Of a stretch of 54,872 nucleotides of DNA, positions 47,441-54,872 are shown in pieces. The position numbers and the translations under genes are program-made. Position 1 is the first letter of the stretch; each line of letters opens with the position of its first letter. The stretch lies in IMG/VR virus record IMGVR_UViG_3300036317_000036, positions 1 through 54,872 of that record; one strand, 5' to 3'. The DNA is from a virus (taxonomy: Duplodnaviria > Caudoviricetes). A model generated the notes under the pieces. That model searched no databases and had not been told where the DNA came from. It saw nothing but the letters and a program-made list of their open reading frames with translations.

Positions 47441-48090
47441 GCCGGTTCGGCCTCGAGACGTGTTCTGATCCGGGTGCCGCATCCATCGCAGTCGACTTCG
47501 ACCGTGGTATCGATACCGGCATCCACCCGGGCCATTTCCTGTCGCAGGGCACTACGGTCGCGCATGGGCATTTCAGCGAGTGATTTCTTGCTGGGTGCCT
47601 TTCCGTCAATCTCGATGAGTCGAATCATCATGGCCGATGAAATGTTCGGCTCGCGCAAGGCGGCCAGACGCTTTTCTTTGTGGCCGTCAAGCAGGCCGAA
47701 ACGGACCGCTTTCTTGGAGCCGGGCAGCTTGAATTCAAACTCACGCTCCTCGGTGTAAGGAGTGACTTTGAGATCCTCCAGATTGACCGTTACATAGTTG
47801 GTCATGCGACACGAGGCATTGGGACACGTCAGTTCCAGTTCCACTTCGTCTCCGAGGGAAATCTGGCGCAGCTTGACCAATGCAAAAAGGCGGTCACCCG
47901 AGAGCAGATCGAGAATATCGTTCACCGCAGGCTTGTCATTCTCGCCAAGGCGGACGGTACAGTTTCTGAGCACCTGATTGATCGCCTCTCCATTGCGGAT
48001 CAGGCGTTGGTTGGTCAGGAGCTCTTCCTCGGCACCGGTCATCTCCTTGAGTTCGATCTCGATGCCACTGGGTAATTCGTAGGTATACAT
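47413..48090 (-). CDS. Tail assembly chaperone (gpG-like)
   Basis: Between tube and tape measure; LLSGDRLFALVKLRQISLG; two Cys pairs (CPNASC, CDGC). Confidence 0.8.
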   Translation of the reverse strand: MYTYELPSGIEIELKEMTGAEEELLTNQRLIRNGEAINQVLRNCTVRLGENDKPAVNDILDLLSGDRLFALVKLRQISLGDEVELELTCPNASCRMTNYVTVNLEDLKVTPYTEEREFEFKLPGSKKAVRFGLLDGHKEKRLAALREPNISSAMMIRLIEIDGKAPSKKSLAEMPMRDRSALRQEMARVDAGIDTTVEVDCDGCGTRIRTRLEAEPAFLFPGVRL

Positions 48091-48108
48091 TGCTTTACTC
48101 CTTGTTTA

Positions 48109-48570
48109 TCAGGTCCAGTACTGGTAGCAGATGGTCAGTTTCTCGATGGTGTTTTCGGTGTTGCCGCCTTCGAGATCGTCGTATTCCAAGGTCTTGATCC
48201 ATGCGCCATGCAGCGTCCAGCGTCTGGTTTCATTACCGCTGCGGTCATAGCGCACCACATCGATGTCCTTCAGATAATCGGCAGGCAGACCACCGGTCAC
48301 GGCATTGACATCGACCTGCTTTTTCACCCACTCCCGGGCCGCCTCATCAGAGCCGTCCTGCAGGATTCCTTTTTCGAGGGTGATATCTTCAAACTTCACA
48401 CGTCCGGCCACCTTCTGGTCGAACATGGAACCCGCTGGCGCAAAGGCCACTTCCTCGAATTCCGTTTTCGGCTCCTGTCCCTTGTGAAACAGGGCCACGT
48501 CAAAGCCGTTCACCTCGATGGCAAATTGCCAGTTCTGGTAAAGGCTCTTGGGCATATTTCCACTTCTCAT
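48109..48570 (-). CDS. Tail tube protein (T4 gp19-like)
   Basis: FAIEVNG, GRVKFEDITLEKG, RWTLHGAW, IEKLTI. Confidence 0.92.
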   Translation of the reverse strand: MRSGNMPKSLYQNWQFAIEVNGFDVALFHKGQEPKTEFEEVAFAPAGSMFDQKVAGRVKFEDITLEKGILQDGSDEAAREWVKKQVDVNAVTGGLPADYLKDIDVVRYDRSGNETRRWTLHGAWIKTLEYDDLEGGNTENTIEKLTICYQYWT

Positions 48571-48585
48571 GGTTGTATCTCCTGA

Positions 48586-50115
48586 TTAAATGATTTCACT
48601 GAAGTCCGCGCCGGTGCCGGTCAGGATGAAATTCAGTTCGATGAATTCCGCTGTTTTGGTCGGCTTGACGAACACCCGGGCAATCATTTCATTGCGATCG
48701 ATAACCGCCGGAGTGTTGGTTTCCTCATCACACTGGAAGGCGTAATCATAGAGACCGCCTTTCTCCTTGATGTCCTGCAGGAAGGGGTTGATCAGACGAC
48801 CGAGCGCCCGCCATGTCTGCGGATTGTTCGGCTCGAAGACCACAAAACGGGATGACTCGGAGATGGCTTCCTCCATGTACATCATCAGACGACGGACATT
48901 GATTCGGTCCACCGCTGACGGCTGACTCTGGAGAGTCTTTTGACCCCAGATGTTGATGCCGGTGTCCGGGAAAACGGCAATGACATTGACCCCTTCGGGA
49001 TAGAGCACATCGCGTTCGCCACGGCTGGTCTTGTAGGCGACCGACACCGCGTTGAAAATGCGGCCACGGTCGATTCCGGCTGGAGCCCACCAGACGTAGG
49101 TCTTCTGGTCGCTTCGGGCACAGCACCCGGCTACAGCGCCACAGGGCGGGATGTATTTCTTGCGGGCGGTGATGGGATCGCTGATCTCCAGCCACGGGTA
49201 ATAGAGAGCTGCGTAAGACGAGTTGAAGGCCGCGTGTGTGTAGGTTCCCTGACCCTTCCTGAAGTCAACGACCTCCAGCGGTTCAAGCATGAACGGTGTG
49301 TCGGCAATGAATAGCAGATCCTTGCGGTTCTCCGCATAGGTGATTCCGGCATTGATGACCGGGACGGTTGTAACACCGGGGACCATGAGCAGGTTCAGCG
49401 CATCGATCTCATCGAAGGCATAGAGCCCGGTATGCTGGGACGGGTCGCCGATATAATCTGAATCGGTCACACCGGTGAGGCCGTTGTCGCCGCCGATAAG
49501 CTGATAGGTGCCGTTGGCTGGCCTGTCCTCGGCCGTCCCGGTGCTCGGAGAAAGGTCGCTGACAGTGATGTAATCTGAGACCTCATTGACCATAAGTTCC
49601 ACATGATTGGCCGACGTCTCATCCATAGATAGGTCTTTGAACACCTCGACGATGTTGTCCTTGTGTTTGACAACAAGATTGAAGGCGTTGGCCGGGTCCA
49701 GAGAGCCGTCCTCGACCGTCACGGAAATACGGTCGCCCCATGTTCCGGGGTTGGCCGCATTGATCTGAAGAGCGGGTGCCGGTGTCGCATTACGATCGGC
49801 AATGGTCATGGTTGAGTTCAAAGCCGTCAGCGTGCTCTTGTCGGTGATATCGGTATAGTGGGCAACGCGGCAGACATAGAGAATCGAACCGCCATTGTCG
49901 AAAAAGGCTCTGGCCGCATAAGCCAGGTATCCTTCATTGATGTAGGAGCCGAATTTATTGATGAACTGCTCCCAGCTCGTTACCAGTACCGGTTTATTGA
50001 CCGGGCCTTTTTCGGTGATGCCCACCATGGCAGCCGCCGAGGTGGAGATCTGTTTCACATAAAAACTGAAGTCGGTTTCCCGGGTGTAAATGCCGGGCGA
50101 TAGATAGGCAGGCAT
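48586..50115 (-). CDS. Tail sheath protein
   Basis: YLSPGIYTRE, AFFDNGG, AALYYPW, PPCGAVAG, WWAPAG, INVRRL, VFEPN, PTKTAEFI. Confidence 0.96.
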   Translation of the reverse strand: MPAYLSPGIYTRETDFSFYVKQISTSAAAMVGITEKGPVNKPVLVTSWEQFINKFGSYINEGYLAYAARAFFDNGGSILYVCRVAHYTDITDKSTLTALNSTMTIADRNATPAPALQINAANPGTWGDRISVTVEDGSLDPANAFNLVVKHKDNIVEVFKDLSMDETSANHVELMVNEVSDYITVSDLSPSTGTAEDRPANGTYQLIGGDNGLTGVTDSDYIGDPSQHTGLYAFDEIDALNLLMVPGVTTVPVINAGITYAENRKDLLFIADTPFMLEPLEVVDFRKGQGTYTHAAFNSSYAALYYPWLEISDPITARKKYIPPCGAVAGCCARSDQKTYVWWAPAGIDRGRIFNAVSVAYKTSRGERDVLYPEGVNVIAVFPDTGINIWGQKTLQSQPSAVDRINVRRLMMYMEEAISESSRFVVFEPNNPQTWRALGRLINPFLQDIKEKGGLYDYAFQCDEETNTPAVIDRNEMIARVFVKPTKTAEFIELNFILTGTGADFSEII

Positions 50116-50117
50116 CG

Positions 50118-50357
50118 TTATTTCCTCCGTTTCGTGGTTTTGGGTTCAGTGGTTGCAGCCGTCTCATCTGAAACGGAGGGCTTTTTCTCTTCCGGTTTTG
50201 AAAGGCCCACCAAGCCGCGTTTTTCAGCAAGCGTGATTTCTGGTGAGATATCCTTTTGCGGAATCGAGGTGCGCTCACGCGGGCCGAGATGCAATGTTCT
50301 GTCTCCGGCCAGATTGAAGGTGAGCGGTTGAAACTGAAGGTTTCTGATTTCAATCAC
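50118..50357 (-). CDS. Hypothetical phage protein (79 aa)
   Basis: GTG start overlaps the upstream stop; basic C-terminus; in operon. Confidence 0.7.
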   Translation of the reverse strand: MIEIRNLQFQPLTFNLAGDRTLHLGPRERTSIPQKDISPEITLAEKRGLVGLSKPEEKKPSVSDETAATTEPKTTKRRK

Positions 50358-50917
50358 TGTTCATCTCCTTTGGGTTCATAGGTTCGTTCTTCATTCACGC
50401 TGCCGTGAAACTGGAAAGTTCGGTCCTTGATCAGATGGCCGTTTCTGATTTCGCCATCGTAAACAGGACAGTCTTCAATGCGGATGCGTCCGGAGCTTTG
50501 CTTCAGATTGGAAAGGTTGACCCGGTTCAGGCCGCCCAGCGGAGCGATCTCCGTCAGGTTGAGTTGGCCCTGATCCGTAATGGTCAAAACGGGGTTGCGC
50601 TGGACAAAGCGGGAGACCGACTCCTGAAATTCAAGGAGCTCGACCTCACGGTCCACCGTGACGATCAAGTCAAAATCGAGATGATAGAGACGCGGAAAAG
50701 AACACTCCTCGAATGACAGAGCGTCCACGTCCTTTTCAATCAGGCGGCTTTGGCTGCGGCGCAGTTTGTTTTCACTTAACTTAGGCCCTTGCAGAATGAC
50801 GCTGGGCGTGCGCTGAACTTCAAAAACATCATCAGGCAGCACCAGCACGGCATCGGGATGGATGTCGGCCTTGACCTGCCTGATCAGTGTTTCTGTAACG
50901 GTTCGTATTGTGCTCAC
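50354..50917 (-). CDS. Putative tail terminator/completion protein
   Basis: Position before the sheath; PSVILQ...PRLYHLDFDL pattern. Confidence 0.65.
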   Translation of the reverse strand: MSTIRTVTETLIRQVKADIHPDAVLVLPDDVFEVQRTPSVILQGPKLSENKLRRSQSRLIEKDVDALSFEECSFPRLYHLDFDLIVTVDREVELLEFQESVSRFVQRNPVLTITDQGQLNLTEIAPLGGLNRVNLSNLKQSSGRIRIEDCPVYDGEIRNGHLIKDRTFQFHGSVNEERTYEPKGDEQ

Positions 50918-50943
50918 GGTAGCCTCCGGTTATTTCTGCCAGA

Positions 50944-50974
50944 TTACTTACCGGAAGCGTTGCGGATGTGTCGG
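50944..50974 (-). promoter_or_regulatory. Repeated putative late-promoter motif, copy 3
   Basis: Minus strand CCGACAC-N10-CTTCCGGTAAGTAA, upstream of the terminator/sheath genes. Confidence 0.7.
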
Positions 50975-50975
50975 A

Positions 50976-51461
50976 TCAGAGAATGCCTTTCAGGGCTGCG
51001 CGATAATTTTGCTCAATCTCTTTGCGGTATTTCTGCATGACGGGATGAAGAAAGGGTCTGGCCGGGATGATAATGGTCGCCCCGTTCGGGTGGTTGATGG
51101 TGGCTCCGTATTCCATGACAGCGCCGATGTTCACCATGCTTTCACCGTCCTTGTTGACGGTTCCCCGGAGCAGACCGACAAATGCCTTGTCCGCCATGAT
51201 CTTCTGGGTGATGGAATTGATCAGAAATCCGGTGTCGATGAGGGCTTTGCTGGAGCCTTTACGTTCAATGGTGCTGTCGGCCAGCTTGGCAAAAGCCTGC
51301 CCGCCGGGGGCCTGATTGCGGATGCCGCGTTGAATCTCCCGAACAAGAAACAGGGCATTGCGGATGGTAGCCTGCTGGAGAGCCATGGCAATCCGGGGGC
51401 CAAGGGTGCCATTCAGCTTTGCTTTGGCCTTGTTCCAGTCGCCGGTCCGCTTAGCGCCCAT
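50976..51461 (-). CDS. Neck / virion morphogenesis protein
   Basis: LADSTIERKGSSKALIDTG.L..SI, EYGA, IPARPFL. Confidence 0.85.
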   Translation of the reverse strand: MGAKRTGDWNKAKAKLNGTLGPRIAMALQQATIRNALFLVREIQRGIRNQAPGGQAFAKLADSTIERKGSSKALIDTGFLINSITQKIMADKAFVGLLRGTVNKDGESMVNIGAVMEYGATINHPNGATIIIPARPFLHPVMQKYRKEIEQNYRAALKGIL

Positions 51462-51810
51462 GGATCTTCACCAGCTTGATAGATTGGTGGGTAATGACTC
51501 CAAAGAAGTGTTCTTCTTCGAGTGTCTGTATTCTGTATGTGATTGTCTCTATCTGGAGCCTGTCCTCCGGGAGCACGTCAGCTTCCGGCAGAACAGAGAC
51601 GGTGGCATCGATTTTTCCGGCGAGATCTTCCGGAGGTGTGTGGACTACTTCCACGGGGATCGAGCCTATTGGACTGTATTCCTGATCGTCGCTTCCATAC
51701 AGATTTTCACCGGGAACAATGCGCAGCACTGTGGCAGTGATGCCGGAGGATACAATCAACTCTCTGACATCCTTCACGGCCTGTTCTTTTTCCCGATCTG
51801 TCAAAAGCAT
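51451..51810 (-). CDS. Putative head-closure protein
   Basis: Size, position, and DVLPEDRLQI...YRI beta-barrel pattern. Confidence 0.65.
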   Translation of the reverse strand: MLLTDREKEQAVKDVRELIVSSGITATVLRIVPGENLYGSDDQEYSPIGSIPVEVVHTPPEDLAGKIDATVSVLPEADVLPEDRLQIETITYRIQTLEEEHFFGVITHQSIKLVKIHGR

Positions 51811-52274
51811 CAGCAATCCTCTTCAAGGCAGATTCCCTGTTCGTAAATCACAGGAGTCAGGCCGCCGGGGGTGATGATATAGCCATCCTCGTTGACCTCG
51901 GTTCCCGGCTTCAATGCGGCGAGCCTTTTGCGGTATTCATCCAGCAGATCCACTTCGAGCTTGGCCCAATGTTCAGGCTGCTTGGATTTGTCGACCCGTT
52001 TGTCGCCGCTGGAAAACGAGAAGGCATTGGCGGTGGCAGAGCGCATCACCTGACAGGCATGTTTCTGCCCAAGCAGCAGAAGCAACTCCCTGAGTTCACC
52101 GCTAATGTCCGGCAGAATCTGCTCGCCCTCGATGGTCAGCGTAATCTCCGCATCCCGGGACAGTTTAAAAACCGCCTTCCGGACGCATCTCTCCAGTGTT
52201 GAATCAACAAAGAGAGACGCATCCGGATCGGACAGATCGATGCGCAGGTCGGCTATGAGCTCAGGAAGCGTCAA
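51810..52274 (-). CDS. Putative head-tail adaptor protein
   Basis: LIADLRIDLSD...LF.DSTL; FSFSSGDKRVD; position after the capsid genes. Confidence 0.65.
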   Translation of the reverse strand: MTLPELIADLRIDLSDPDASLFVDSTLERCVRKAVFKLSRDAEITLTIEGEQILPDISGELRELLLLLGQKHACQVMRSATANAFSFSSGDKRVDKSKQPEHWAKLEVDLLDEYRKRLAALKPGTEVNEDGYIITPGGLTPVIYEQGICLEEDC

Positions 52275-52614
52275 CGTCAACCTCCGCAAGACGGTTCTTC
52301 AGCGCGTCGATGACGGTTCTGCGTTTTTCACCTTCCATATAGCCTTTGAGTTTGGCCGGGTCGGCTTCTTCATTAACCTTGGATATGGCATCGGTCGCGT
52401 TGAGCTTACTCAGATCATCATCCTGATCCTGCTTGCCCTGAGAGGAAGCATTGCCTGCTTTCTCCTTGTCGACCTGAATCACCACTCCGGTTTGCAGGCA
52501 GTGTTTGATCTGGTCGGTCTGCTCTTCAACAGGTGTAACCTCTCCGGGAAACAGCTTCAGCGCGGCATCCGGGATGATGAGAATGCCGGGACGGACATTT
52601 TTTATCGTCAACAT
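52261..52614 (-). CDS. Hypothetical head-associated protein
   Basis: GGAGG RBS; C-terminal helical EKRRTVIDALKNRL motif. Confidence 0.7.
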   Translation of the reverse strand: MLTIKNVRPGILIIPDAALKLFPGEVTPVEEQTDQIKHCLQTGVVIQVDKEKAGNASSQGKQDQDDDLSKLNATDAISKVNEEADPAKLKGYMEGEKRRTVIDALKNRLAEVDVDAS

Positions 52615-52630
52615 GATTCCTCCTTCGGCA

Positions 52631-53494
52631 TTAAACACCAAGTTTCACTCGGGCCAGAACGTCCGGGCGGGTAATGCCCTGACCGATTTCAGACCATACC
52701 AGCCAGCCGGTTTTGAAGCGGGTCTTCTGGTCGATGGATTCAGCCTTGAGCTTCTCACGGACCGGCATTTTGCCCACTTCTTCATCCGGAATGATCAGGA
52801 TTTCATCGAGAGGCATGGATGCCGTCAGCAGAATGCCGCCGGTGCCATAGTTTTTGACCACGCCTTTCTGACGCAGCTCCAGCTTGGTCTGAGGGTCTAG
52901 ATCCCAGCCGCGCAGATCATTGAAACGGCGACCACGCATGACGATATACTTCACCGACAACTCGAGATCCTCGATGATGGAGATCGCCTCGTTAAGGGCT
53001 TCCTCGGTCAGTGTGTTTCCGGCCACTTCAACGGTATTGGCCGCCGGAACCGCAGCCGACAATACGGAGATGGTTCTGCGGTCCATCTCTTTTCGAATGG
53101 CGTCCGAGGCACTGGTCTGGATATCCATCAGCGTGCCGATGTTGCCGTTCTTGAGGACGGAGATATCCACCATCGGGTTGGAGTGGATGCGGTTGGTCGG
53201 AAACTCGACTTCATCCTTGCCGATCTCCTGTTCCTGCGCTTCACCGTCCTTGCTGATCCAGTGTGCTTTAACGGTCGGCTTTTTCTGGTAAAGCGGACGT
53301 TCACCCTTGGGCAGCGTGTGTTTGGTCAGCAGCAGCGAGGAGATTTCCTTGCGCCGGATCTCCTGTTCGATCGGAGCGGCAATTGCAGCAGCCAACGCCT
53401 GCATCCCTTCCGGGGACTCAAGAGCTTCACTCATGAGCCTTGCCATGGTCTCCATGTATTCCTGGCTGTGAATGTTCATTGGGTTGTTCTTCAT
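52631..53494 (-). CDS. Major capsid protein (HK97 fold)
   Basis: 287 aa after scaffold and decoration genes; AHWISKDGE, AIRKEMDR, EEALNEAISIIED, final RPDVLARV pattern. Confidence 0.82.
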   Translation of the reverse strand: MKNNPMNIHSQEYMETMARLMSEALESPEGMQALAAAIAAPIEQEIRRKEISSLLLTKHTLPKGERPLYQKKPTVKAHWISKDGEAQEQEIGKDEVEFPTNRIHSNPMVDISVLKNGNIGTLMDIQTSASDAIRKEMDRRTISVLSAAVPAANTVEVAGNTLTEEALNEAISIIEDLELSVKYIVMRGRRFNDLRGWDLDPQTKLELRQKGVVKNYGTGGILLTASMPLDEILIIPDEEVGKMPVREKLKAESIDQKTRFKTGWLVWSEIGQGITRPDVLARVKLGV

Positions 53495-53511
53495 GTGTAC
53501 AGCTCCTGTGG

Positions 53512-53877
53512 TTAAATAAGCAGTTTGAATTTCAAAACGCCGCTCTGGACGGAAATGGCCTGAGCGATGACAAACTCGTCATTCCCGACATTTCCGCCGG
53601 TCAACTTACCGGTGCCCGATACCTTCAGGTCGTCCCCGGGATTGATCGTCCCTTCGAAGACGTCCGTTTCGTACACACCGCCGTTGCAGTAAATGCCGGG
53701 CATTTCACCGCCTGCGTAATCCTTGATCAGGATGCCGAAAGAACGGACCTCCGGATCGGTGTTGACAGAAAACAGATCGTTTCCCGCCAGACTCACCAGA
53801 TGGCCAAGCTGGCCATCGCCTTGCATATAGCCGTCACCGTAAGCGAGGCCCCTGTGACATGGATTGATAAAAGACAT
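53512..53877 (-). CDS. Capsid decoration/cement protein
   Basis: 121 aa, Gly-rich beta protein between scaffold and capsid. Confidence 0.65.
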   Translation of the reverse strand: MSFINPCHRGLAYGDGYMQGDGQLGHLVSLAGNDLFSVNTDPEVRSFGILIKDYAGGEMPGIYCNGGVYETDVFEGTINPGDDLKVSGTGKLTGGNVGNDEFVIAQAISVQSGVLKFKLLI

Positions 53878-53891
53878 AGCTCTTCTCCTTG

Positions 53892-54872
53892 TTAGTTGAT
53901 TTCCACGGTTTCGTTCGATTCGTTACCGACACGGTTGTTGTAGGCAGCCATGAAGCCGCTGCGCAGGCGATCCTCGAGGGAGAGCTTGCGGTCATCCACG
54001 TCGTGCGGTCTCACCCCGGCTGAACTGCGCATGGGTGTTTCGCTCGATGCTTTGGACTTCTGCTTGTCAGGCTCCTTTTCCGGTTCCGGCTGAGCCTTGG
54101 CATCCGCCTTCTGGCTTTTGGCCATCTTTTCATAGGCGGCTTCGGTGGCGGCAAAAGCGTCATCCGACAATTCCGCCAGACGCTTGAGTTCCGTGTCGCG
54201 GTCTTCGCCGAAATCCATGCCTTGCTTTTCGAGCTTTGAAATCAGCTTGTGGGCGCGGGCTTTCGAAGCGGCAGCCTTCTGTTCGGCTTCCAGTTCCTGA
54301 ATGCGTTTCTGAAGTTCGGCCACCTGAGCTTTCAGCTGGCGGTTTTCCTTTTCCAGCTCGCCTCCGGGAGCCGGATTGTCTTCCTGCCGTTCCTGTTTTT
54401 TCTTAGCGGCGTCGGCGGACGACTCATCTGGTTTCTTGGTTTTTTCGTCCATAGTTGGATCTCCTTTGGGTTGGTGTTCAACAGATGGTTCCTGAACCGA
54501 CGCCACCTGCAGAATGCGGGCATTTTCATCTGCCCCTTTGCGGTCCAGCAGGCCCAGGCCCGTAAAAGTCACGCCGTGAAGAATCTCGAAGACGGGTTCC
54601 CCATCGAGTTCACGGCCTTTAAATTTTCTGAGGTGAGTGCAGTAATCGGCTTTGTTCTTGAAGCGCTTGTGGCAGACGGAGCATTCACCTTCTTCGTAAT
54701 CACACTCCATCGATACCTGCGTGATGATGCCTCGCTTCATGAGCTTGTAGGCCAGCTGGGCATTGGGCGTGTCTCCGGTATAGAGCTCACCCACGCATTC
54801 GACCCGGCCGCCGATTTCATCTTCCAGATAGTCAGCCGCCACAATTCCACCGACGATGTCGCCAAACTCCTG
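53892..54872 (-). CDS. Prohead protease-scaffold fusion (5' end outside the window)
   Basis: Frame open to the window edge; QVSMEC...CSVC...CTH...FTGLGLL...GADENARI protease-like part, then a charged coiled-coil scaffold. Confidence 0.8.
   Translation of the reverse strand, partial: QEFGDIVGGIVAADYLEDEIGGRVECVGELYTGDTPNAQLAYKLMKRGIITQVSMECDYEEGECSVCHKRFKNKADYCTHLRKFKGRELDGEPVFEILHGVTFTGLGLLDRKGADENARILQVASVQEPSVEHQPKGDPTMDEKTKKPDESSADAAKKKQERQEDNPAPGGELEKENRQLKAQVAELQKRIQELEAEQKAAASKARAHKLISKLEKQGMDFGEDRDTELKRLAELSDDAFAATEAAYEKMAKSQKADAKAQPEPEKEPDKQKSKASSETPMRSSAGVRPHDVDDRKLSLEDRLRSGFMAAYNNRVGNESNETVEIN

Larger units (their letters stand above)
545..54872 (-). mobile_element. Prophage (contractile-tailed, HK97-type capsid) with terminal defence cargo; continues beyond the right edge
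   Basis: Co-oriented head, neck, tail and baseplate genes, then accessory and defence genes, ending at tmRNA-derived att sequence. No integrase in the window. Confidence 0.85.

Noticed and set aside
32995-50917. Stand-alone eCIS, tailocin or T6SS
   Set aside because: Capsid, protease, neck and a long tape measure are linked. No Afp15-like ATPase or T6SS membrane complex is seen.
1-54872. CRISPR array or IS element
   Set aside because: No regularly spaced repeats and no transposase ORF. The Cas4-like motifs in the DUF2779-like gene have no cas context.

Overview
Almost everything is on the minus strand. The window holds the distal part of a myovirus-type prophage plus its cargo. Right to left: head genes (prohead protease/scaffold cut by the window edge, decoration protein, HK97-type major capsid, neck; ~50.1-54.9 kb), then a contractile tail/baseplate operon with eCIS-like gene content (sheath, gp19-like tube, frameshifted chaperone, tape measure, LysM, gpD, gpV spike, PAAR, gp25, baseplate J, DUF4815-like protein; ~26.4-50.1 kb) with lysis-type genes embedded. 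Next is an amidoligase / class II glutamine amidotransferase / gamma-glutamylcyclotransferase module (23.6-26.2 kb). A ~22.7 kb, tightly coupled defence island (760-23433) follows, under a near-consensus sigma70 promoter: Xis-like HTH, Dcm-type C5 methylase, SNF2 ATPase, two stand-alone EcoRII-N-like domains, MORC/GHKL ATPase, HNH nuclease, Vsr, RloC-like ABC ATPase, SbcDC, DUF2779-like nuclease, Mrr, McrBC, ADP-ribosylglycohydrolase and a PD-(D/E)XK nuclease. The left end is an attachment-site region in which a tmRNA (ssrA) 3' fragment is split into two oppositely oriented halves, next to the 3' end of a gene from a neighbouring element. Best candidates for something undescribed: the Dcm-SNF2-(EcoRII-N)x2-MORC-HNH-Vsr cassette, the flipped ~160 bp att segment, and the ATPase-SbcDC-DUF2779 block. 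All family calls come from motif recognition, not database searches. Several starts were moved from the ORF track to better RBS-supported codons.
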